Positions 7,915-15,819 of a stretch of DNA of 30,714 bases are shown here, piece after piece. This DNA comes from Planctomycetota bacterium. Lineage in GTDB: Bacteria > Planctomycetota > MHYJ01 > WSZJ01. A program made the translations under genes and the position numbers. The notes under the pieces are model-generated. The model was not told the DNA's origin. It worked only from the letters and a program-made list of their open reading frames with translations, and did not search any database. Positions within the stretch are counted from its first letter, which is position 1. Each line of letters begins with the position of its first letter. The stretch lies in NCBI GenBank assembly GCA_038060895.1, contig JBBTCT010000039.1, forward strand, positions 1 through 30,714, read 5' to 3'.

Positions 7915-10050
7915 GTGAGCCTCCGCTACAAGGCGCTGGCGGCCGTTCTGCTTCTTGTGACCGCGGTCACGGGAAGCGTGCTCTGGTTCGTGAAACAGCG
8001 CGTAGAGTCGAACACCGCCGAGGACATCCGGAACGACCTCGCGGTGGACGGATTGCGCCTCAAGGAAAAGCTGCATTCCGAGGCCGACACGGCGCGGGCG
8101 GCGATCGGACCGACCATCCAGGAAATGCATCTGGAGAAGTACAAGGGAATGGACGGCGGCATCAAGCAGAACCTGGACGCCGACGTGCTTGGCTGGGTCA
8201 AGCAGTCCCACGCCGACTTCGCCGTCGCTGCCCTGGACCGGATCTTTGCGGAGGACGGCAAGGCCAAGGCACTCCACAAAGAGAAGGACTGGTGGATCGT
8301 GGCGTGCGGCACCGGCAAGCCGGAACCGGACCCTGTCCTCGAGGCGCGAATCGCGTCAACGCCGTCGGTCAACGACCTGGTGGGCCGCACCATCGCCCGC
8401 ATCCGCACGGTGACCGAGGTCATCGTCGTCGGCGACGAGTTGTGCCTGGCCGTCGCGGTGCCGCTTTTCGGAGAGTCCACGACAAGCCAGAAGTTCTTCG
8501 CCGCCGAGGAAAACCTGGAGCGCCGTCCCGGACCGAAGGCCGCGGAAGAAATGAAGGATTTCCAGGAAAACTGGCCTGTCTACGGATGCGCCATGACCCT
8601 GACAGTTCTCAGCGACAGCTGGACCCTGCGGAATCGCCTCCGCAAGCCGGAATCCGCGACCGTCGAGAGAACGAAGGCGGAGGAGGCTCGCCTCAGCAAT
8701 GTGATTTACCAGGTGCTCTACACCGGCACGCGGGCAACGTCAACTTCGCTGCCTCAGTCGGGCGTCGCGCTGGAAGCGTTGAATGCGGCCCGCGCGGGAG
8801 GAGCTGAACGATTCAGCGTGCCGCTCGAGATTTCCGGGCGGCGTGAGACCTACATCGGGCTCGCGCTGAGTTTCGACGACCGCGCGTTCTCCTGGGACCG
8901 GCCCGGGTTCCTCGCCATGAAAGCGATCGACCCGGAGCTCGGACCACTTCACGACCTCCTGGTGGCCATGACCTCGTTCGGCGCCATCTTCGCCATCCTT
9001 GGCGCCGCGCTGGCTTACGGGGCCGCCTGGCTCGTCATCCGCCGCCTCCGGACGCTTCAGGTGGCCACCGAAAAAGTCCGCGCGGGAGACTTCCAGGTCA
9101 CCGTCCCGGTGGACAGCCGCGACGAGGTCGGCACGCTGGCCGTGGCGTTCAACAACATGATCAAGGGGCTTCAGGCGCTCGGGCTGTACACGGACAGCGT
9201 GCTGGCGCGAAGCGTCCTGGACAACCCGGAGCTGCTGGGGAACAAGGCGGCGCGGCACGAGGGGACGGTAATGTTCACCGACATCCGGAATTTCACGGGG
9301 ATCACGGAGTCGATGGACGCGAGCGCGCTGACGGCGCAGCTGAACGAGTACTTCAGCGCAATCGGCGAGCACGTAAAAAAGGAAGGCGGCTACCTCGACA
9401 AGTTCATCGGCGACGCAGTCATGGCCTTCTGGGGCGCGCCGTTCCTCTCGACACAGGACCACGCCGCCCGCGCCTGCCGCGCCGCCATGCACTGCATGCG
9501 CGCGGCGTCCGAATTGCGGCGCCAGTGGGAAAAAGAAGGCAAGCCGCTTTTCTTCCAGAGGATCGGGGTCGCGACGGGCGAAGTCGTCGTGGGGAACATC
9601 GGAAGCGCGACCAAGAAGAACTTCACGGTCATCGGCGACAGTGTGAACCTGGCGAATCGCCTCGAGGGCGCCAGCAAGGTGTACGGGACGGAAATCCTGC
9701 TCGACGAACGGACCGTCGAGCTGGCCGGAAACGCGATCCTGGTGCGCGAAATAGACGAAATCGTGGTGCGCGGGAAACAGCAGCCAGTGCGCGTGTTCGA
9801 GCTGGTCGGTCTGGCCGCCGAGACGTCCACACGGGCGAAGCGCCTCATGGACGGCTATGGTGCGGCATTGAAACGGTACCGGGCCGGGGACTTCGAAAGT
9901 GCGAAGGCCACCCTGGTCGAATTGCGCAAGTCGGACCCGGAGGACGGCCCTTCGAAGTGGCTGCTGGGCCGGTGCGAAGAAGTGCTGTCCGGCAAGTCCG
10001 TCCCGACGCCGCTTCAGATCACCAAGTCGTACGGTCCCCTGAAGCCGTAG
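7915..10050 (+). CDS. Membrane class III adenylate cyclase (2 TM, extracytoplasmic sensor, HAMP, cyclase domain, C-terminal helical tail)
   Basis: HAMP (RDEVGTLAVAFNNM); MFTDIRNFT, DKFIGDAVMAFWGAP, GEVVVGNIGS, FTVIGDSVNLANRLE; Lys and Thr specificity residues indicate an ATP-specific class IIIb type. Confidence 0.93.
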   Translation: MSLRYKALAAVLLLVTAVTGSVLWFVKQRVESNTAEDIRNDLAVDGLRLKEKLHSEADTARAAIGPTIQEMHLEKYKGMDGGIKQNLDADVLGWVKQSHADFAVAALDRIFAEDGKAKALHKEKDWWIVACGTGKPEPDPVLEARIASTPSVNDLVGRTIARIRTVTEVIVVGDELCLAVAVPLFGESTTSQKFFAAEENLERRPGPKAAEEMKDFQENWPVYGCAMTLTVLSDSWTLRNRLRKPESATVERTKAEEARLSNVIYQVLYTGTRATSTSLPQSGVALEALNAARAGGAERFSVPLEISGRRETYIGLALSFDDRAFSWDRPGFLAMKAIDPELGPLHDLLVAMTSFGAIFAILGAALAYGAAWLVIRRLRTLQVATEKVRAGDFQVTVPVDSRDEVGTLAVAFNNMIKGLQALGLYTDSVLARSVLDNPELLGNKAARHEGTVMFTDIRNFTGITESMDASALTAQLNEYFSAIGEHVKKEGGYLDKFIGDAVMAFWGAPFLSTQDHAARACRAAMHCMRAASELRRQWEKEGKPLFFQRIGVATGEVVVGNIGSATKKNFTVIGDSVNLANRLEGASKVYGTEILLDERTVELAGNAILVREIDEIVVRGKQQPVRVFELVGLAAETSTRAKRLMDGYGAALKRYRAGDFESAKATLVELRKSDPEDGPSKWLLGRCEEVLSGKSVPTPLQITKSYGPLKP

Positions 10051-10061
10051 AATTCGCGCCC

Positions 10062-10655
10062 ATGCCCACACATATCCTTGGCGTCTGCGGCTCGATCTCG
10101 TCGGACTCCCGTACACGCAAGCTGCTCGGCATCGCGCTCGACGCCTCGATTGCGGCGGGGGCGGAGACACGGTTGCTTGATCTGCGGGATACGGTTCTTC
10201 CGATCATGGACCCGGAGAGCAAGGAGCAGGCCTCGCTCCCTGCCGTGAAGCTCGTGAAGGAAAGCGCGGCGTGGGCCGACGGGTTCGTGCTCGCGACGCC
10301 GGAATATCACGGGAACCAATCGGGCGCGCTGAAAAACTGGTTCGACTTCCTCTACCACGAGCTCTCCGGGAAAGTCGGTGCCGTAATGGCGCAGACGGGC
10401 GGCGGGACGGGTGACATGTCGATCGTCAGCGCGAAGAATGCTTTCAACTGGTGCCACGGCTTCACGCTTCCCTTCCATGCCGCGGCCAACAACTCGCAGT
10501 GGAAGGGCGATGAGCTCGACCCCAAGGTGCAGGACCGCGTCGTCCGGCTGGGACGGGACGTCGTGCGTTACGCGGAAGCAATCGGCAAGGCCTGGCGTGA
10601 GGCGAAGGCGCTGGGCAAAGTGCCGGAAGCGGGATTCGCAGGCTTCCACACGTAA
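10062..10655 (+). CDS. NADPH-dependent FMN reductase family flavoprotein
   Basis: Start at ATG 10062: MPTHILGVCGSISSDSRT...ADGFVLATPEYHGNQSGALKNWFD. Confidence 0.92.
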   Translation: MPTHILGVCGSISSDSRTRKLLGIALDASIAAGAETRLLDLRDTVLPIMDPESKEQASLPAVKLVKESAAWADGFVLATPEYHGNQSGALKNWFDFLYHELSGKVGAVMAQTGGGTGDMSIVSAKNAFNWCHGFTLPFHAAANNSQWKGDELDPKVQDRVVRLGRDVVRYAEAIGKAWREAKALGKVPEAGFAGFHT

Positions 10656-10708
10656 CCGCCGCTTCAAGAAAAACGGGCCGCCGCTCTTCGCGAAAGCCCG
10701 TGTCCATT

Positions 10709-10740
10709 CCTGCCCGCTCGCCCGCCTGCCCGCTCGCCCG
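10709..10740. repeat. Perfect 16-bp tandem repeat (x2) between convergent genes
   Basis: CCTGCCCGCTCGCCCG at 10709-10724 and 10725-10740. Confidence 0.8.
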
Positions 10741-10747
10741 CCGCTTC

Positions 10748-11455
10748 TTACGGTAGCCTCTTCCCCACCGCATCCCAGTCCACGACGCTCCACCACGCGG
10801 TCACGTAATCGGCGCGCTTGTTCTGGTACTTGAGGTAGTAGGCGTGCTCCCAGACGTCGAGTCCGAGGATCGGCGTGGCGCCGGCCGCGAGCGGCGAATC
10901 CTGGTTGGGGAGCGACGTGATCTCGAGTTTCCCGTCCTTCGCGATCAGCCAGGCCCAGCCGCTTCCGAAGTGCTTCGTCGCCTTTTCGCTGAAGGAGGTC
11001 TTGAAGGCGTCGAATGAGGTGAAGGCGCCTTTGATGGCGTCTCCCAGCTTGCCGCCGGGCTCGCCGCCGCCGCCCTTCTTCATGGAGGTCCAGAAGATCG
11101 AGTGGTTGTGGTGTCCTCCGCCGTGGTTGCGGACGGCGGTCTGGATGTCCGCTGGGAGGGTGGACTGAGCCTTGAGGAGGTCTTCGAGCGACTTCTTCGC
11201 GTGCTCGGTCCCGGCGACGGCCTTGTTGAGATTGGTCACGTAGGCCATGTGGTGCTTGTCGTGGTGGATCGCCATGGTTTCCTTGTCAATCGCCGGCTCG
11301 AGCGCGTCGTTGGCGTAGGGCAGCGCGGGGAGCGTGAAGGCGTCGGCGGGCTTGTCCTCGCCGAACGACAGGGACGGGCGGATGAGACCGGCGACGGCGA
11401 CGGCCCCGGCGGCGGTCAGGAAGCCACGGCGGGTGAAGATCGGACTGTCGTTCAT
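10748..11455 (-). CDS. sodA: Fe/Mn superoxide dismutase, Mn-type signature, with Tat signal peptide
   Basis: Start ATG 11455 with AGGAG RBS; TRRGFL Tat motif; [36 protein letters not shown]. Confidence 0.93.
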   Translation of the reverse strand: MNDSPIFTRRGFLTAAGAVAVAGLIRPSLSFGEDKPADAFTLPALPYANDALEPAIDKETMAIHHDKHHMAYVTNLNKAVAGTEHAKKSLEDLLKAQSTLPADIQTAVRNHGGGHHNHSIFWTSMKKGGGGEPGGKLGDAIKGAFTSFDAFKTSFSEKATKHFGSGWAWLIAKDGKLEITSLPNQDSPLAAGATPILGLDVWEHAYYLKYQNKRADYVTAWWSVVDWDAVGKRLP

Positions 11456-11507
11456 GCAGCGTCTCCTGGAAGAAGAGGAATCGGGACCCGGTCGAGGCCG
11501 GGGCGGG

Positions 11508-11516
11508 ATTGTAACA
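11508..11516 (-). promoter_or_regulatory. Extended -10 element upstream of sodA
   Basis: Minus-strand TGTTACAAT (TGn + TACAAT) about 53 nt upstream of the start codon. Confidence 0.5.
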
Positions 11517-11520
11517 GCCA

Positions 11521-11544
11521 TTCGACTCGCTTCGCTCGCTCAGG
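11521..11544. repeat. REP-like short element containing the GCGAAGC mini-hairpin
   Basis: TTCGACTCGCTTCGCTCGCTCAGG; the minus strand reads CTGAGCGA-GCGAAGC-GAGTCGAA. Confidence 0.5.
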
Positions 11545-11669
11545 CCGGAGGCCGATCCGCCCGAATTCCACCCGCCGGAATGGCAGCCGGACCGTCCGGG
11601 AAGGCGGTCAGGTGTCCTCCTCCGGGGCCAGCCGCCGCGGGCGTTGCCCCGGGAATTCGGCAAATGCGC

Positions 11670-11700
11670 GGAATACGCTTTGCGTAGTCACTGTTACCAT
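11670..11700 (+). promoter_or_regulatory. Candidate ECF (SigR/SigH-type) promoter overlapping an extended sigma70 -10
   Basis: GGAAT (11670-11674), exactly 18 nt, then GTT (11693-11695); TGTTACCAT at 11692-11700. Confidence 0.55.
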
Positions 11701-11724
11701 TCTTGCGAGGCTTGGGAGGCACGT

Positions 11725-12285
11725 GTGAATCGGGCAGACAAGATTGCCTTCGAGAAAATTGCGTTCGAACACCTCGACCGGCTTCACGGGACAGCGCTCA
11801 AGCTGACCCGGAATTCCGCCGAGGCGGATGACCTCGTCCAGGAGACCTACACCCGCGCCTTTCAGCACTTCGAACAGTTCGAACAAGGCACGAACTTCAA
11901 GGCCTGGATCTTCCGGATCCTCGTCAACACGTACATCAACGGTTACCGGCGCAAGGGACGCGCTCCGGCGCTCGTCGATTTCTCCGAGATGGAGCCGGTC
12001 TACGAGGAAGCGGTTCAGGACACGTCGTTCCTGAACCAGCCCGTGGACAGGCTGTACGAGCGGCTGGATGACGAGGTAAAGCACGCGCTGGAAAAGCTCC
12101 CGGAGGAGTACCGGGTGGTCCTGCTGCTGGCGTCGGTCGAAGGGTTCTCGTACGAGGAGATCGCAAAGATGGTGAGCATTCCGATCGGAACGGTCATGAG
12201 CCGCCTGTTCCGTGCGAGGGCGCTGATGAGGCGCAATCTCGTGGATTACGCGAAAGAACACGGGCTGGAGGAGAAGTCGAAATGA
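11725..12285 (+). CDS. ECF sigma-70 factor (SigR/SigH/RpoE-like)
   Basis: GTG start at 11725 after GGGAGG; EADDLVQETYTRAF, GTNFKAWIFRILVNTYIN, EGFSYEEIAKMVSIPIGTVMSRLFRAR. Confidence 0.95.
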   Translation: MNRADKIAFEKIAFEHLDRLHGTALKLTRNSAEADDLVQETYTRAFQHFEQFEQGTNFKAWIFRILVNTYINGYRRKGRAPALVDFSEMEPVYEEAVQDTSFLNQPVDRLYERLDDEVKHALEKLPEEYRVVLLLASVEGFSYEEIAKMVSIPIGTVMSRLFRARALMRRNLVDYAKEHGLEEKSK

Positions 12286-13082
12286 ATTGCCCCGAAGTCC
12301 GCAAGATCGTGTACCTGTTCGTGGACGGCGCGCTGGATCCGCGGGCCAACGTCGATGTGCTGGCGCACCTGAACATGTGCCCGCCTTGCAACGAGCGCTT
12401 CTCAGACGCGAAGAAGTTCGAGGATTTCCTGAAGGAGAGGCTGCGCCCGCAACCGGCGCCGCCGGCCGTCCGGGCGCGGATCGACGCACGGCTCTCGGAA
12501 ATGACGGCGCCGTGGCCGCTTCGACTCGCTGGCGGACTCAGACGGCGGCCGCTGATTTCGATGACGGGCGTGGCAGCGCTCCTGGTCTTCTCGTTCCTGG
12601 GCCTGCGCGGCTTCGGGAGCCTCACGACCTGTCCGTACGTCCGGGACACCGTGAAGTTCACCAAGGACATTCAGGCGAACAGGGTCGAACATCTCCCGCC
12701 CGACGGACCCGGTCGCGAGGAGGAAAGAAAGTACCCGACGCCCTTCGTCGACGGATTTGCCTCCGTGAAGAACGGCGATTACCTCACACAGGTCGGGCCG
12801 GCGTTCCAGACCGCGGTTGCCAGGGCCTACCGGATGGACCATTGCGCCGAAGACAAGACCTGCGTGGTCCTGTACTTCATCAGCGCCCCCAGCCTCCCCT
12901 TCGGCGAGCACAACTGCGTCGTCATCCGCGGGAAAAAGTACTGCGTCTGGGAGCACGACGGGTGCCGGATTGTGACCTGGAAGAACGAGAAACTCGGTCT
13001 CTACTGCATGGCCGTCTGCCAGGTGACAGAGATGGATCACGATGCTCTCGTGAATTTCGCAAACATCGCCTCGACCCAGTGA
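12282..13082 (+). CDS. Membrane anti-sigma factor: zf-HC2 (ZAS) domain, one TM helix, Cys-rich extracytoplasmic domain
   Basis: ATGA overlap with the sigma gene; MNCPEV...DGAL...HLNMCPPC; TM GVAALLVFSFLGL; 8 Cys after the TM. Confidence 0.9.
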   Translation: MNCPEVRKIVYLFVDGALDPRANVDVLAHLNMCPPCNERFSDAKKFEDFLKERLRPQPAPPAVRARIDARLSEMTAPWPLRLAGGLRRRPLISMTGVAALLVFSFLGLRGFGSLTTCPYVRDTVKFTKDIQANRVEHLPPDGPGREEERKYPTPFVDGFASVKNGDYLTQVGPAFQTAVARAYRMDHCAEDKTCVVLYFISAPSLPFGEHNCVVIRGKKYCVWEHDGCRIVTWKNEKLGLYCMAVCQVTEMDHDALVNFANIASTQ

Positions 13083-13100
13083 ATCTTCAGCGGGGACACC

Positions 13101-13541
13101 ATGACACGAATCGGAAAGGCATTGTTCTTCCTGGGCAGTCTCTTTCCGCTCGCGGCATGTGAGAACGGCGCCGGCGGCGCCGGGCACGTGGCGAAGTCCG
13201 GCTGGCTGAGCGATCTGGAGGAGGCGAAGAAGGAAGCGAAAGCCTCGAACAAGCCGATCCTGATCGATTTTGGCGCGGAGTGGTGAGGCGGCTGCAGGGT
13301 CCTCGACGGCCAGTTGGCCGATGCGACGCTGGCGGAGACGCTGAAGGGATTCGTGCTGCTGCACGTGGACCTGACGAAGCCTGCCGAGGGCTCGCCTGCC
13401 GCGAACGCGGCGGACAAGTACGGAGTGAAGTACCTGCCGGACCTGCGCATCCTGTCTGCGGACGGGACGGTGAAGGCGACCGTCGAGTCGCGTGATGCGA
13501 AGGACCTGCTCAAGGAGCTGGGCGAGGCCCTGAAGAAGTAG
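13101..13541 (+). CDS. Thioredoxin-fold lipoprotein with selenocysteine (U62, WUGGC motif), 146 aa
   Basis: Lipobox LAAC; WLSDLEEAKKEAKASNKPILIDFGAEW-TGA(13284-13286)-GGC-GGC-TGC; the same frame continues to KYGVKYLP (cis-Pro loop) and TAG at 13539-13541. Confidence 0.88.
13287..13325 (+). promoter_or_regulatory. Candidate bacterial SECIS element
   Basis: CGGCC(13307-13311)-AGTT-GGCCG(13316-13320) hairpin; apical loop starts 25 nt after the UGA and has G at loop position 2. Confidence 0.7.
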
Positions 13542-13551
13542 AATTGCGCCG

Positions 13552-14958
13552 ATGATCCGTGTCGCCGCGCTTTGCCTGCTCGCCTTGGCCGCCTCGCAAG
13601 GGCGCGCGGAGATTACGGCCGCCGCGTCCTCCATCGACATCTCCCCCGACCCCGCCAGGTCCGCCGTCTGGCTCGCGGGGTTCAGCATGAATCGCCGGGC
13701 TACAGGTGTGCACGACCCGATCCGGTCGCGGGCGATCCTCGTCTCCGACGGTAAGACGCGCGTCGCGATTGTCGTGCTGGATCTCGTCGGGTTCATGCGG
13801 CCCCACGTCGAGAAGGTGCGGGCGAAAATCGGCGATGTGGCGGACTACGTGCTCGTAGCGAGCACGCATAACCATGAAGGCCCCGACGCGATGGGAATCT
13901 GGGGACGGACGCCCTTCGAGAGCGGAATCGACCCGGCCTGGATGGCCACGACCATCGATGCGATCGCGGCGCAGGTTGGCGCGCTCGCCTCCGCGTTGCG
14001 GCCCGTCACCCTCCGCGCGGCGCAGGTCGAAGGCCCGGTTAAGGAGTTCGTCCGGGACTCACGCGACCCGGCCATCATCGACAACACGCTGTCCGCTCTT
14101 CAGCTCGTAGGCGCGGACGGCACGACGGTGGCGACCCTCGCGAACTGGGCCTGCCACCCCGAGATCCTCTGGAGCGGAAACACACTTCTTACCGCGGACT
14201 ACCCGGGTTACCTCTGCTCCCGGCTCGAAGAACGGCTCGGGGGGACCGCCCTGTTCGTCAGCGGCGCGATCGGCGGCATGATGACGCCGGACCCGCGTCG
14301 AGATGAAAAAGGCGAGAAGCTGCGGACGTTCGCCGAAGCCGAGCGGGTCGGTCGCGGCATCGCCGATCGCGCGGTGGACGCCCTCGCGAAAGTGGAACTG
14401 TCCAGGGACCCCGCCCTCTCCATCCGCACCCGGGAACTGCTGCTCCCCTGCACCAACCCGCGCTTCCACGTCGCGATGGCGCTCAAACTCCTGTCGCGCG
14501 AGATCTTTGATGCGGAAGGAAAGCCCTTCGAGGGGCGGATCAGCCCGAAGAAAACTCCGTGGGTGCGGACCGAAATCGGCGTCCTCACGCTCGGCCCGGT
14601 TCAGGCCGCGCTTGTCCCCGGCGAGCTCTTCCCCGAACTCGCCGTCGGCGGGTTCGACGGGACGAAGGCGTTCGGCGCGGAGATCGTGAAGAAAGACAAC
14701 CCAAACCCGCCACGGATCGCCGAAGCGCCGAAAGGTCCGTTCCTTCGGGATCTTCTCGACGCGCCCGTCGAGATGATCGTCGGCCTGGCCAACGACGAGC
14801 TCGGGTACATTCTCCCGGAGTACGACTTCCAGGTGAACGAGAAGAGCGCGACGCTGGAGCCGCACCCGCCCGGGGATCACTACGAGGAGACCAATTCGCT
14901 GGGGAAGGAAACGGCGAAGCGGGTCATGGACGCGTTCACCGAACTCCTGAAGAAGTAG
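13552..14958 (+). CDS. Exported neutral/alkaline ceramidase-like amidohydrolase
   Basis: Signal peptide; VWLAGF...GVHDPIRSRA, STHNHEGPD, NWACHPE, ADYPG, GLANDELGYI, HYEETNSLG. Confidence 0.82.
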   Translation: MIRVAALCLLALAASQGRAEITAAASSIDISPDPARSAVWLAGFSMNRRATGVHDPIRSRAILVSDGKTRVAIVVLDLVGFMRPHVEKVRAKIGDVADYVLVASTHNHEGPDAMGIWGRTPFESGIDPAWMATTIDAIAAQVGALASALRPVTLRAAQVEGPVKEFVRDSRDPAIIDNTLSALQLVGADGTTVATLANWACHPEILWSGNTLLTADYPGYLCSRLEERLGGTALFVSGAIGGMMTPDPRRDEKGEKLRTFAEAERVGRGIADRAVDALAKVELSRDPALSIRTRELLLPCTNPRFHVAMALKLLSREIFDAEGKPFEGRISPKKTPWVRTEIGVLTLGPVQAALVPGELFPELAVGGFDGTKAFGAEIVKKDNPNPPRIAEAPKGPFLRDLLDAPVEMIVGLANDELGYILPEYDFQVNEKSATLEPHPPGDHYEETNSLGKETAKRVMDAFTELLKK

Positions 14959-14987
14959 AGAAGCAGCAGATTCCTTAACATACGCCC

Positions 14988-15806
14988 ATGAAACTCCTCC
15001 TCCCCTCCCTGCTCCTTTCCATCGCCGCGTTCGCGGAAGAACCGGCCGCCGACATCGCTCCGATCCTGGAGAAGATCCGCAAAGGTTCTCCGGCCGAATG
15101 CGTGGAAGCGATCGGGAAGCTCACGCCGGGCAAGGAAGAACGCGCGGCGAAACCGATGGCGGTCCGGCTGATCACCGAGGCCGACGCCCAGGCGCGTGCC
15201 GTGATTCGCGAAGCGTTGGGCGCCTACAAGGGCATGGTGCTCGTGCAGGCGATGAAGACAGGCCTCGAGACCAAGGGCGTGACCGACGACTACCGCCAGA
15301 TTGCGATCGAGCTGCTGGCCCCGGAGAAGAGCGAGGCGGCGGTGGCGCTCGTGGTGAAGATCGCGTTCGCAAGCGAGATGAAAGCGATGCGCGAGTCGGG
15401 ACAGAAGGCGCTGGTCGCCTACGAGGACCTGTCCATCAAGCCGACGCTGCCCTACCTCAAGGCGGGCGACCAGAAGATCGCGAGCGAAGCGGTGGCGACG
15501 ATGAAGTCGATCGGGACGGAGGCGGTCGGGAAGGCGCTCATCCTTTTCATCCCCGACGGCGGCGAGAAGGAAATCCTGCGCATCGTGGGCATCACGAACA
15601 AGACACGCGACCAGGTCGCCAAGGCGCTGATCGACATGGGCGACAAGGCGGTCCCGGGACTGCTGACCGGCCTCGACAGCCCGCTCTACGTCCGTTGGTC
15701 CGGCTGGTGCCTCCAGCAGATGACCGGCGAGACCTACGCGACGACGGACCGCGCCGCGTGGGCCGCGTGGTGGAAGCGACGCCAGGCCGAGAACTCGGGC
15801 CGCTGA
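14988..15806 (+). CDS. Exported HEAT-repeat protein
   Basis: Signal peptide; repeated helical ALxxxG..AVxxL units; C-terminal LQQMTGE...WAAWW motif typical of planctomycete HEAT proteins. Confidence 0.8.
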   Translation: MKLLLPSLLLSIAAFAEEPAADIAPILEKIRKGSPAECVEAIGKLTPGKEERAAKPMAVRLITEADAQARAVIREALGAYKGMVLVQAMKTGLETKGVTDDYRQIAIELLAPEKSEAAVALVVKIAFASEMKAMRESGQKALVAYEDLSIKPTLPYLKAGDQKIASEAVATMKSIGTEAVGKALILFIPDGGEKEILRIVGITNKTRDQVAKALIDMGDKAVPGLLTGLDSPLYVRWSGWCLQQMTGETYATTDRAAWAAWWKRRQAENSGR

Positions 15807-15819
15807 GCGCGCGAAACGG

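Noticed and set aside
13101-13286. Treating the thioredoxin as a pseudogene or two small genes
   Set aside because: The single stop is TGA exactly at the catalytic Cys position, with a downstream hairpin and an otherwise intact frame; Sec readthrough is the simpler explanation
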